In this document: piece by piece, positions 39,177-48,953 of the stretch | How positions within the stretch are numbered: position 1 is the stretch's first letter | How the letters are laid out: each line of letters opens with the position of its first letter | DNA from: Spirochaetia bacterium | GTDB taxonomy: Bacteria; Spirochaetota; Spirochaetia; UBA9216 | Direction of reading: 5' to 3' | Length of the DNA stretch: 64,000 nucleotides | Assembly (NCBI GenBank): GCA_963677925.2 | Contig: CAXXYH010000003.1 | Location: 128,001-192,000 of the forward strand | Made by a program: the position numbers and the translations under genes | Notes under the pieces: model-generated | Told to the model about the DNA's origin: nothing | The model's input: the letters and a program-made list of their open reading frames with translations, nothing else | The model's database searches: none

Positions 39177-40426
39177 TGCTTGAAACTCCGCTGACCTGTA
39201 AATACCATTGCTGCATTATATTCATTACAGGCTTCAATACTTTCGAAATCCCGTAACGAACCTCCAGGCTGTATAATCGAACTGATGCCTTCTTTCAGGC
39301 CGACCTCTATTCCGTCTCTAAACGGAAAGAAAGCGTCCGAAATCATTGCACTTCCGGGCAGTCCGCCTTTTTTCTCTGCAGTTTCAGCCTGAACGGCATC
39401 AATAATAGCTTTATCGGTCATTACAGCAAGCGGCTGGCCATGTTTTTCATAACATATTCTATCTGCAAATTTCCTGTATGCTTTATCCCGTGCAATTTCG
39501 GCAACACCTACTCTATCCTGCTCGCCGGTACCGATACCAACAGTAACCCCGTCTTTGACATAGATTACAGAATTGCTGGTTATACCGCTTTCTATAAGCC
39601 ATCCAAAAAGCATATCATTCAGTTCCTGCTCTGTAGGCTCTCTAAGAACTTTATACTCCTTATCTCTGTAAACAGTTTCAGCAGGAAGAAGAGTTTCCTT
39701 TTCTGCTTTGGGAACAAATGACCATTGAGCAACAAGTCCGCCGTCAATCAATGATTTAAAATCTACAAACTGTTCACCGACAAAATCATGCAGTTTTGAC
39801 ATATTACCTATTTTCATCACTCTAAGATTTTTCCTGGTTGCAAGAAGTTCAAGAGTGCCTTCTTCAAATTCAGGAGCTACAACCACTTCAAGGTAACTTT
39901 CGGTAATCAATTTCGCGGTTTCCATATCAAGCGGTTTATTTACAGCTACAGCACCTCCGAAGGCCGCTATGCGGTCAGCCATAAGAGCTTTATAGTAAGA
40001 TTCAGCCAGAGTTTTCCCTCTGGCTACACCGCAGGGATTATTATGTTTTACAATAACAGTAACAGGGTAATCATTGAAATATCTAAGGATATTAAGGGAA
40101 TTGTCTGCATCGGTAATATTAGTTTTACCCGGATGTTTTCCAGACTGAAGAAGCTCAATATCGGAAGCAAGATACTTACCCGGCATTATTGAACTTACTT
40201 CTCCGAGAACAAGGTTTCCGTTTACAAGACGGTAAAGGGCAGCTTCCTGATCAGGATTTTCTCCGTATCTCAGCCCCTGCTTATCTCCATCTATATCCCA
40301 GTATACCTTTTCATATTTAAGTGACTGGCGATCTGAATCATTATTATAAAAACTGATTTCCATATTATCAGGAAATAAATCCTTCCTGATTCGTTTATAT
40401 ATCGATGAAAGCTTTTCCTTAGCCAT
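39173..40426 (-). CDS. purH: AICAR transformylase (C-terminal part of split PurH)
   Basis: LRYGENPDQ.AA, VKHNNPCG, SNS, G.G.G...R, SDAFFPFRD, QPGGS.RD, R.FKH; own RBS GGAGG. Confidence 0.92.
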   Translation of the reverse strand: MAKEKLSSIYKRIRKDLFPDNMEISFYNNDSDRQSLKYEKVYWDIDGDKQGLRYGENPDQEAALYRLVNGNLVLGEVSSIMPGKYLASDIELLQSGKHPGKTNITDADNSLNILRYFNDYPVTVIVKHNNPCGVARGKTLAESYYKALMADRIAAFGGAVAVNKPLDMETAKLITESYLEVVVAPEFEEGTLELLATRKNLRVMKIGNMSKLHDFVGEQFVDFKSLIDGGLVAQWSFVPKAEKETLLPAETVYRDKEYKVLREPTEQELNDMLFGWLIESGITSNSVIYVKDGVTVGIGTGEQDRVGVAEIARDKAYRKFADRICYEKHGQPLAVMTDKAIIDAVQAETAEKKGGLPGSAMISDAFFPFRDGIEVGLKEGISSIIQPGGSLRDFESIEACNEYNAAMVFTGQRSFKH

Positions 40427-41115
40427 TATCTGCCTCCCTTGAAACTGTATACAGATTGAACAGAATTATAGGTTTTACTCAATAGAAAGCTGCTGATCTG
40501 ACTGTCATATTCTGCAGTGTGGCTGAAAGTTTTTTTTGCAAGCTCAAAACGGAATTCCAATGATAATTTACCGTCTTCAGATTTCATTTCTCTGATTATC
40601 TTTTCATAATCTGAAGGATTGCAGACTGAAGCAACTCTTAGATAATTCTTTGCAGACGCTCTCAGCATGCATGGGCCGCCGATGTCGATATTCGTTCTGG
40701 CTTCTTCGGCTGTTATACCATCCTGTTTGATGGTCTCACTGAAGGGATAAAGATTAACTACAACCATATCGAAGGCCACTGCACCGGTTCTTGAAAGATC
40801 GGCCTTATGTGCCTCATTATAAGTTTCACTAAGCAGTCCCAGATAAATTTTAAAATCAAGGGTTTTTACCAGTCCGCCCTGCATTTCGGGCTGTCCGGTA
40901 TAATCACTTACAGAAATAAGATTTTTTACTGCATCATTACCAAGAAGTTCTGAAATTTTATTGTAAGTACCGCCTGTCGAATATATCTTGATGTCCGGGT
41001 TAATGCTTATAAGTCCCCTTACGAGGTCCTCCAGTCCTGTTTTATCAGATACGCTGATAAGTACATTGTTAATTGATACTTTGTCATCAATATCCGCAAC
41101 TATATTTAATGCCAT
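40426..41115 (-). CDS. purH: IMP cyclohydrolase / MGS-like domain (N-terminal part of split PurH)
   Basis: LISVSDKTGL, STGGT, TGQPEM.GG.VKTL, VVNLYPF, IDIGGP.MLRASAKN. Confidence 0.92.
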   Translation of the reverse strand: MALNIVADIDDKVSINNVLISVSDKTGLEDLVRGLISINPDIKIYSTGGTYNKISELLGNDAVKNLISVSDYTGQPEMQGGLVKTLDFKIYLGLLSETYNEAHKADLSRTGAVAFDMVVVNLYPFSETIKQDGITAEEARTNIDIGGPCMLRASAKNYLRVASVCNPSDYEKIIREMKSEDGKLSLEFRFELAKKTFSHTAEYDSQISSFLLSKTYNSVQSVYSFKGGR

Positions 41116-41173
41116 GGTAGACCTCCGTATGTAAAACTTTTACCATACAAACAGTCATAGTTTCAACATATCC

Positions 41174-41202
41174 TTGAAAAAAGACTTTTGTGGTGATACT
41201 AT
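41174..41202 (+). promoter_or_regulatory. Sigma70 promoter TTGAAA-17-TACTAT with extended -10 TG
   Basis: -35 at 41174-41179, TG at 41194-41195, -10 at 41197-41202, upstream of the OMP gene. Confidence 0.5.
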
Positions 41203-41233
41203 TTCGTTGATTATTATCTATTGAGGATATACT

Positions 41234-41866
41234 TTGAAAAAAAAATTAGTTCCAATCTTACTGACTGCTATGATTATTACGGTTTTTCCGATTACAGCAC
41301 AAACCTCCGAAGAGGATGTTTCTGATGATTATATTGGAAAATCAGCTTATTCTACCGGTGAACAGGTTTTTAATATCAATGCCGGTGCTATATTTCCCTT
41401 ATTCACAATTGCTCCCTTCGCTTCAGAAGGAACAAGTGCAATAAATCCGGATATCGGTGAAACTTCAATAGGACTGACCGGAAGTCTTGAGTTCGGCGCT
41501 TTTGTTATGGACAATCTGATGCTCGGCGGAGAACTAAGCGGTATGTTTGCTGCAACCCCTAACCGAGTTCTGACAATGGTTCCTATTTCTTTTACCGCAG
41601 CCTATTACTTCATGTTTTACCCTATAGAAGTTCCTGTACATTTGAATATCGGCATGTCTTTTAATACTCTAGGAGATTATTTTACCATGACACCGGTGAT
41701 TAAACCCGGTATCGGTGCTCTATGGAATATCAATGATGAGTGGGCAATTGGATTAAATGCTGAATACTGGTTTATTCCGGAAATATATTATTCAGATGAA
41801 TTCAAAGATCAAAGTCGTATCGCTAATTTTCTGGAACTTGGAATTTCCGGGTCGTATCACTTCTAA
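41234..41866 (+). CDS. Small outer-membrane beta-barrel (TP0733/OmpW-OprG-like)
   Basis: Signal peptide, alternating amphipathic strands, terminal aromatic GISGSYHF BAM signal. Confidence 0.75.
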   Translation: MKKKLVPILLTAMIITVFPITAQTSEEDVSDDYIGKSAYSTGEQVFNINAGAIFPLFTIAPFASEGTSAINPDIGETSIGLTGSLEFGAFVMDNLMLGGELSGMFAATPNRVLTMVPISFTAAYYFMFYPIEVPVHLNIGMSFNTLGDYFTMTPVIKPGIGALWNINDEWAIGLNAEYWFIPEIYYSDEFKDQSRIANFLELGISGSYHF

Positions 41867-41875
41867 GGAATATTT

Positions 41876-43183
41876 ATGAAAAGAATTTTAACCATATTAA
41901 CATTGATATCTTCCGTTTTATTGATTTATTCCTGTCCGGATAATCCGACTGGTATGTTTTACAGTCTTGAAGAAGAGATAGAAATAGCAAACGGTTCGCT
42001 TGATGATGCTCTTACTGTACGCTCAATGGGTAAATTCGGAACTGGAACTGATGAAACATACTTTGCTGCGGCAGGGAATTTATATTTCAAAAAAACAGAT
42101 GATATTGAATCAAGCGGAGTGGTTTGGAACTATGCAAAACCGCCGGGATCTACTGAATCTGAGAACTCAAATTATATAACCTACGAAGCTATTCTTTTAA
42201 ACGGTAAAATCTTTGCAGTTTATTATGATACAGACACCACAGAGCATCATCTGTACAGCTGTGAGGCCTCTTCCCTTTCTGCTGACTCTGTTTCGCTCTG
42301 GACCGAGGTTGATATAAACCAGCTCGATTCATCTGCAGGGGAATATGTAGTGAATATCGAGATTGCAGATACAACACCAAATCAGACCTTATTTATTTAC
42401 ACTATTACACCTAATGCAACTGTGGGCGGTTATTCGACTTCCGTCTACAATGTTTATTCTTATACAGCTCCTGTTCTTGATATTACTGCTGCAATGACGC
42501 TGACTGAGGAGCTGACTGAGATTACAAACGGCGGGACCTTTGATGTAGATGTTGAAAGTGACAATACATTCTGGTTAATTTCGGGTATAAGGCTTTATAC
42601 CGGAGCGACAGGCTCTCTTTCTGAAATATCTGATACTGCAGTTTTTGATGACACAGATGCAGGTACCGATGATGAAAAGATTTCAGATTTACTTCTGAAT
42701 CAGGGATACGGAGGTCTCGTATGTTATAATAACGGATCGACGGATTATATCTATCTTACATTAAAAGAAGGCTATATTTTAAGGTATGACGGCAGTTCAT
42801 GGACTGATGCATATAACACGGATATTTACAGCTCATCAGCCGATACTTATCCAGATCCGCTTGACCTTGATCTTTACGATGTTGAACTTGTTACTTTTGG
42901 TGATGAGAAAGTCCTGCTTTTCGGTACCAATTCAGGATATTATGAGCTTCAAATTGAATCTGCCGGCACAATGAATACAACTGCAGAGATTTTTTCACCG
43001 GAAGACTCAACTTCATTATTTTGTACTAAAACACATTACACTTCAATTGATTTATCGAATGCTGTAATAACTGATTTTTATTATGATTCTGATTATGACT
43101 ATCTCTTTGCATTGGGGTTTAACAACGGATTGTGGTTCAACTATGAGAGCTCAGACAGTTCAAGACTCTGGGCTGTTGAATAA
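41876..43183 (+). CDS. Acidic lipoprotein, probable beta-propeller
   Basis: Lipobox IYSC; beta-rich, D/S/T-rich; blade-like motifs (LFGTNSGYYE, GLW). Confidence 0.7.
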   Translation: MKRILTILTLISSVLLIYSCPDNPTGMFYSLEEEIEIANGSLDDALTVRSMGKFGTGTDETYFAAAGNLYFKKTDDIESSGVVWNYAKPPGSTESENSNYITYEAILLNGKIFAVYYDTDTTEHHLYSCEASSLSADSVSLWTEVDINQLDSSAGEYVVNIEIADTTPNQTLFIYTITPNATVGGYSTSVYNVYSYTAPVLDITAAMTLTEELTEITNGGTFDVDVESDNTFWLISGIRLYTGATGSLSEISDTAVFDDTDAGTDDEKISDLLLNQGYGGLVCYNNGSTDYIYLTLKEGYILRYDGSSWTDAYNTDIYSSSADTYPDPLDLDLYDVELVTFGDEKVLLFGTNSGYYELQIESAGTMNTTAEIFSPEDSTSLFCTKTHYTSIDLSNAVITDFYYDSDYDYLFALGFNNGLWFNYESSDSSRLWAVE

Positions 43184-43219
43184 TAGAATATTTAATCAGG
43201 CTATTTAACAGATGCTTTT

Positions 43220-43268
43220 AAAAAGTCATATCTAAATTACCAAATAGGTATTTTGATATGACTTTTTT
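43220..43268. terminator. Bidirectional terminator-like inverted repeat
   Basis: AAAAAGTCATATC...TACC/GGTA...GATATGACTTTTT between convergent genes. Confidence 0.75.
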
Positions 43269-46200
43269 TAATAATCGTAATATTCATCAGCCCCGATATC
43301 ATATACCGGATTTACTCCAAGAACTCTATTCGGTCTTGATTCTCCATCGATATCAGCCTTGTTATTTATCAAATTTTCGAGATTATAACCGGAGTCAATA
43401 CATGGTGATTCCGGATTGAGCCGGTAGTTCCCGTCTTCATTAAAAATTAAATCAGTACCAATATTCCCTGATATATTACCGCTTGAAAAGGAACCGTCAA
43501 GAAGATCAAGTTCAATTAGATTTAAAGCAGCATTTATACCGGCAGTAAATGCAGACCAGCCATTAAAGCAGTTATTTTTAATGGAGAAATGGTTATCATT
43601 AAAATTATTTACAAAAATACCCTGATTTCCAGGCATCTCTATATCAAAAATATTATTTATATATTTTATATTACTGTTAACAGACTCATCAAACAGTACT
43701 TCAGCATCGATTGAATTAAGAACAAAGGTATTATTGAAAACTTCAATGTCAGATTCTTTATTTTTAAAGGCCAGAATATTATCGGTATCGCCAAAGTCAA
43801 ATATATTGGTTTCAAAACGATGTTTCCCATTAGCGGAATTAAAAAGATAAACGAAATCAGAAACACTGTTTCCTGTTTTAATTGTATTTCTATTAAAAGA
43901 GGACTGCCCTCCGGTGAGTTTAAATCCTACTATACTGTTTCCTGCGTCAGTTACAAAAGTAGATGCTGTAAGCTCTATACTCGAATCTACCGCTTCAACA
44001 ATATTGAAAAGTCTTACATCGGGATGGCTTTTTACTTTAATGTAGGTTGCTGTCAAATTGGAGTTTTCCGCATTGATTACAGAAGCCGAGACATCAGCTG
44101 AGACAATATTAAATTCTGCAGAGCGCAGATTCAGAAAACTTGAATCGGATCTTATACAGTTTAAATTTCTACCGCTTTCAGCAGTTATTTTTGATGAACT
44201 TAATACAAAATTTCCTGTGTTATTGATCCTTATAATATCAAAATTATTATTATCGCTTCCTCCGATTATGCTGCTGTTTACAATTTTCAATAAACCGTCT
44301 GATGAATCAATTATACTATCCTGCTGTGCCGTTGCTGATATAGACGAATTTATAATATTTACTTCACCGTAAAACTGTCTGATAAAAGATGACAATTTAA
44401 CTGCTGTAGTATTAAATTCGCAATCGTTAAAATTCAATGTCCCCTTATTCAGAAAAAAGACAGAATCAGTTAACTGTTCAATGTTTTCAGTTCTAATCTT
44501 CCTCAAATTTAAGGTGCCGCCGTAAATATAAAACAAAGGATTGGATCCTCGAAATACGTCACCTGTTTCAATAAGGCTTGTTCCTTTTTGCTCAAACCAG
44601 TTGTTACTGTTAAAACCACCGTAAATAGAGATATCTTCATCGATTATTACTGAAGAATTTAGAGTATAGATGCCTTCTGCAAGAAATATTGTTTTTCTGT
44701 CGGAATTTTTAAGCTGTTCAACTGCCCGGTTTAAAGTTTTAAAAGGATTGCTCCTTGTTCCGCTGGCATAATCCTTACCGTCCGGTGATACATATATGAT
44801 CTCTTTATCAATTGTAATCGACCATACTGCCGTATTTGATCTGTTACCGGCTCCGTCTTCGCTGAAGGCCATAATCATATAGGTCGAATAAGTTCCTGAT
44901 TCAGATGCAATACGGATAGGTTTTGTAAAAAGGCTGAATTCTTCAGAAGACGAATTTATATCAGTAATTGAATAAAATATTTTACGCTCATTAGATTCAA
45001 AACTAACGGTTTGATCATCCAGGTAATATTCACCATCGATAATTCCTGAAAGCCCCGGGGGCAGCGGTGCTTTCTTATCAATACTGAATCGAATTGTTTG
45101 CTGTTTTCCACCGGTTATATCATCTTTATTCTGGAATTCTTTAAATTTTACAGAATAATTAATAGTTTCACCATCTGCTGCGCTGAAAACAAGTTTATCG
45201 GGCATTTCCGGACTGAATACTGTTACTTCAGGAACGTTGAAATCTTCTGTAGATATTTCATAACGTATAAATGCTCCGTCTGTTACACGCCTTGCATTAA
45301 CATCACTGTTATATGAAGCATTGTTTTCAATTCCATTTACAATTACGCCCTCGTTATTAAATGGCAGAAAAATATTCTGACTGCGTATATCGCTGAAATT
45401 CCCGCCTGAATCAGTTTTTAAGTACTCAATATGAATACTTTCAAGATCCTTATCGAATTTAAATGTTATAGGGTAAATAAAATCTGTAAACTCTTCATCT
45501 ATTTCAGGTATTCTGAATTTCAAAGAATCTGATCCGGTATTCCAACCCAACAGAATACGTGATTTACTATGGTTGAATTCAATAAACGGCAAAATATTAT
45601 TTACAGGTTTTTTCTGATCAATTTTAAAACTTAAAAATTTAGTTTCACGGCTTAGATTACCGGCAGAATCCGAGGTTTTAATTTTCACATAGAGATTTTT
45701 TTCAATTCCCGGTTCTCCGTTTACAATAAGATTATCTGTGAAAAACTTTGAACCGATTCCCGGCTCTACTGGGATTTCCGGACTCTCTGTTATTTCATAA
45801 TAGTATTTCCGGGAACCGTCCGGATTGTATGCTGAGATTACAAATGAATCAGTGAAGTCCGATACTGATTCTGTAAGGATTGAACTATTATCCGGGACCT
45901 TTTTATCGATCGTAAAACTGAATAGCTCATCATTAATGCTGCGGTTACCTGCGGCATCTTCAGAACCTATGACTATATTAAATGTTTTTTCACTGCCGTC
46001 ATCAACATCAAAAACAACAGGCTTATTAAATATAAAAGAATTATCATCAAAAGGACTGCCCGGTATTTCCTGTCCTTCTCTGAAAGACATAAAAACTGTT
46101 GAGTTATCATCAATCAGCGGATTTAGCATAACCTGATAATTGACGGTCATACCGTTTCTTATACCGATAAGTTCAGGAATCTCTGGATTCTTATTGTCAA

Positions 46201-48349
46201 TAACAAAACTGAAATTTTTAAAGTCTGATGTTTTTCCTGTGTTTTTATTTTTTGAAAAAACTTCAAGATAATATTCAAGAAGGGTATTCGGCTCACCTTC
46301 AATTCTAATATTATTTGAAGTTTTTACAGGACCTGTTGTCGAAGTTTTTCCTTCTTCATCAGTCAATGTAAGATAATAAAATAATTCATCATTAAGATTT
46401 TGTGGAAAAACTTTAAACTCAACGAAATCGCCGCTGTATATATTCTGGTTTGTATCATTCCTGCTGAAAAGAGGTTCCCCGGGGATGATGCTTGTCTCAG
46501 GTATGTATAGATAAGAAAGATCGCTTTTATTTCCAAAAGAATCAAAAGATTCAATATTAAATTTAAGAACAGAATTATTCCCCGGCAAATCAGGCACATT
46601 GAACGGACCTTCATACCTGGAAGAATCTTTACTAATCAGAAGCCCTTCTCTGTACACTTCGAAACTATAGAAAGTATCAGCAGTCTCCGTATTTATTGTA
46701 ATTTTATTATCGGTAATTAAAAGTTCAGGTTTTGAAGGCGCTTTGCGATCAGCATGTATTTTAAATATTTCAGTCTCATCAGATTTGTTTCCGGCCTCAT
46801 CTATCTGTATAAACTGAATATAAAAATCACTCTCATAACCTTCAGGAACATCAAGGATAAAATCGGACAAAACTGCAGGAGCATAACTTATATCAGAAAG
46901 ATCACTGTTTGAAGAAATTCTGTATTTAAGTTGTGCCCCCGGCTCTGTTTCTGCAGTTAATTTATATGTGTTTGATTGTTGATCATGGATAATATCAACA
47001 ATTGGAATTTCAGGTTTCTGTGTATCATAAGTAATAATATTTGAAATTATTCTGCTGGATTTACCATTAAGTGAAATAGTTCTCGATTTAAGGATAAATG
47101 AACCGGCGTTACGGTTTTCAGGAGCTGAAAGTGTAAAAGGTTTGGTATATTCAGTGGATCCTGAGCCGGGATTTGAACCGTCAAGAGTATAATAGATATT
47201 TGAGTAGTCCGGACCGAACATTGATACTTCAACCTTACCGTTAAAAGGAAGGTCCTGATCAAGCTGAATAATCGGATTAGCAGGTTTACGGTCATCAAAA
47301 ATATAAAAATACCTGAATTCACTCTGCTCGGCATCATTCACATTTCGAAGTCTAAGCGTTGAATATTTAACCCCGCCTGCCACTGGATTCAGTAAAAGCT
47401 CATGGTTAAAATCCAAATCCTTTTCATCCGGGCTTCTTTCTTCGATACAGTACTTATAGGTTTCAAATTCATTTAATATTCTTATAGCTGATGAATAAAT
47501 ACCGCTTTCAGGTATATTTTTAAGAGGAGCTCTTGTTGTAACCCTGTAATTCACCTCGTCATATAGTATTTTTTCAGAGCCCTGAAGCTTTCCGGCTACT
47601 TTAAGAGTAATATTTCCATAGCGCCTTATTTCTACAGGCATATAATATTCAATACCGTCTTCAACCGGATCATTCATATTAAGAGTGTATTTAATCCAGT
47701 CAAAACCTGTTTTATCGATAAACAGAAGCTGAGTATTCGCGAATTCCCCTTCAACCGGACTTTTTATATCAATCAGGTTAACCTTTCTGCGGATTGCTGC
47801 TTCATCAATTTTGTGTATGGAATAATCGCTTACATTTCCTGCACTGTCACGTGAGAAAGCATAAACAATAGTTGAATCTGAGGCTGTAACATAGTCACCT
47901 TCAAATTTAACCGGATCAGGATTCTTAATATTATCGAAACCATAGAAAGTATCAGAGCCTGATTCGCTTTTAAAATAGATTTTCTTTTGTCCGGTTTCAA
48001 AATCATTCTCGACTCTAATTTCAGGCTTAACCGGAACTTTCCTGTCAATTTTATAATTAAAGGTAAGTTTCTTATTATCATAATTAAAAATGATCCGGTA
48101 CTCACGTTCTTCACCGGGAAGTGCTGAAAGAACAATGCCGCCTGGAAAATCCAGAAAATCAGAGTCTTCACTGTTATCAAAGCTGTACAAGACGTTTTTA
48201 ACACTATCACTGTTCAGCCTGATTATAATATTCTGATTATATATCCCCGGTGCCGGCTCAATTGATAAATCCGGTGCTGTCTGTGCATAAATAAACAGAG
48301 GGAGAAACAGATATAACAGTGTTAAAATAGCTGATTTATTTTTTTTCAA
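43268..48349 (-). CDS. Large secreted multi-repeat protein (Ig/Fn3-associated repeats, DUF1565, beta-helix, choice-of-anchor-Q-like C-terminus)
   Basis: Probable TTG start at 48349 with signal peptide (IYA/Q). Repeated D.AGN.S and ID..P..P motifs, IYYTLDGSNP, YVSPDG.D...GT...PFKT, and SPCIDSG...DIGADEY. Confidence 0.8.
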   Translation of the reverse strand: MKKNKSAILTLLYLFLPLFIYAQTAPDLSIEPAPGIYNQNIIIRLNSDSVKNVLYSFDNSEDSDFLDFPGGIVLSALPGEEREYRIIFNYDNKKLTFNYKIDRKVPVKPEIRVENDFETGQKKIYFKSESGSDTFYGFDNIKNPDPVKFEGDYVTASDSTIVYAFSRDSAGNVSDYSIHKIDEAAIRRKVNLIDIKSPVEGEFANTQLLFIDKTGFDWIKYTLNMNDPVEDGIEYYMPVEIRRYGNITLKVAGKLQGSEKILYDEVNYRVTTRAPLKNIPESGIYSSAIRILNEFETYKYCIEERSPDEKDLDFNHELLLNPVAGGVKYSTLRLRNVNDAEQSEFRYFYIFDDRKPANPIIQLDQDLPFNGKVEVSMFGPDYSNIYYTLDGSNPGSGSTEYTKPFTLSAPENRNAGSFILKSRTISLNGKSSRIISNIITYDTQKPEIPIVDIIHDQQSNTYKLTAETEPGAQLKYRISSNSDLSDISYAPAVLSDFILDVPEGYESDFYIQFIQIDEAGNKSDETEIFKIHADRKAPSKPELLITDNKITINTETADTFYSFEVYREGLLISKDSSRYEGPFNVPDLPGNNSVLKFNIESFDSFGNKSDLSYLYIPETSIIPGEPLFSRNDTNQNIYSGDFVEFKVFPQNLNDELFYYLTLTDEEGKTSTTGPVKTSNNIRIEGEPNTLLEYYLEVFSKNKNTGKTSDFKNFSFVIDNKNPEIPELIGIRNGMTVNYQVMLNPLIDDNSTVFMSFREGQEIPGSPFDDNSFIFNKPVVFDVDDGSEKTFNIVIGSEDAAGNRSINDELFSFTIDKKVPDNSSILTESVSDFTDSFVISAYNPDGSRKYYYEITESPEIPVEPGIGSKFFTDNLIVNGEPGIEKNLYVKIKTSDSAGNLSRETKFLSFKIDQKKPVNNILPFIEFNHSKSRILLGWNTGSDSLKFRIPEIDEEFTDFIYPITFKFDKDLESIHIEYLKTDSGGNFSDIRSQNIFLPFNNEGVIVNGIENNASYNSDVNARRVTDGAFIRYEISTEDFNVPEVTVFSPEMPDKLVFSAADGETINYSVKFKEFQNKDDITGGKQQTIRFSIDKKAPLPPGLSGIIDGEYYLDDQTVSFESNERKIFYSITDINSSSEEFSLFTKPIRIASESGTYSTYMIMAFSEDGAGNRSNTAVWSITIDKEIIYVSPDGKDYASGTRSNPFKTLNRAVEQLKNSDRKTIFLAEGIYTLNSSVIIDEDISIYGGFNSNNWFEQKGTSLIETGDVFRGSNPLFYIYGGTLNLRKIRTENIEQLTDSVFFLNKGTLNFNDCEFNTTAVKLSSFIRQFYGEVNIINSSISATAQQDSIIDSSDGLLKIVNSSIIGGSDNNNFDIIRINNTGNFVLSSSKITAESGRNLNCIRSDSSFLNLRSAEFNIVSADVSASVINAENSNLTATYIKVKSHPDVRLFNIVEAVDSSIELTASTFVTDAGNSIVGFKLTGGQSSFNRNTIKTGNSVSDFVYLFNSANGKHRFETNIFDFGDTDNILAFKNKESDIEVFNNTFVLNSIDAEVLFDESVNSNIKYINNIFDIEMPGNQGIFVNNFNDNHFSIKNNCFNGWSAFTAGINAALNLIELDLLDGSFSSGNISGNIGTDLIFNEDGNYRLNPESPCIDSGYNLENLINNKADIDGESRPNRVLGVNPVYDIGADEYYDY

Positions 48350-48950
48350 AAATATCCAGTGCCTCTCTAAGCTCTTCATCATTGTTAAAATAATACTTTT
48401 CAAGCTCTTCATGTTTAAGCCCAATCAATTCATGGCTCATATAATGAATCCAGAGGTCTTCCTCCGGGCTTTTAATTAAATGTTTTCGGCAATAATAATC
48501 AGGCTGAAATTCATTCTGCTCCGGTTTGTATTCAAAGAATTTATAATCATGAACAGCAATTTTAAGATCTTTTCGCGGAACACCTCTCTGCAGTATTTTA
48601 TCTGCAAGAAAGTTAATTGTTTTTCCGGAATCATAAATATCATCAACAAGCAGAATTTTATCTCCCTGTCTTAGATATTCCGGGTTGTAAGTCCAACCGT
48701 CAATACGGACTTCATCATGATTATGTATGTCAGTATAGGAACGTGCTACCACAGCAGCGTATAGAACGGGACTGTCGGCTCGTACAACTTTAAAATATTC
48801 GCTGATTAGATTTCCTATATATGCCCCACCCCTCAGTGAAACATATATCACATCGGGAATAAATCCGTCTTTATGAATTTTATGTGCGAGTTTTATGGCG
48901 TTATTTCTTACCATGTTGTATTCAAGAAAGTTTTTGGACATAATCTCCAT
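48336..48950 (-). CDS. Type I phosphoribosyltransferase (purine PRTase-like)
   Basis: SLRGG and PRPP-binding LLVDDIYDSGKT. Confidence 0.88.
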   Translation of the reverse strand: MEIMSKNFLEYNMVRNNAIKLAHKIHKDGFIPDVIYVSLRGGAYIGNLISEYFKVVRADSPVLYAAVVARSYTDIHNHDEVRIDGWTYNPEYLRQGDKILLVDDIYDSGKTINFLADKILQRGVPRKDLKIAVHDYKFFEYKPEQNEFQPDYYCRKHLIKSPEEDLWIHYMSHELIGLKHEELEKYYFNNDEELREALDIFEKK

Positions 48951-48953
48951 CCT

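Noticed and set aside
40420-40430. purH as a frameshifted pseudogene
   Set aside because: Clean stop/start coupling, a dedicated RBS, and both halves retain their motifs.
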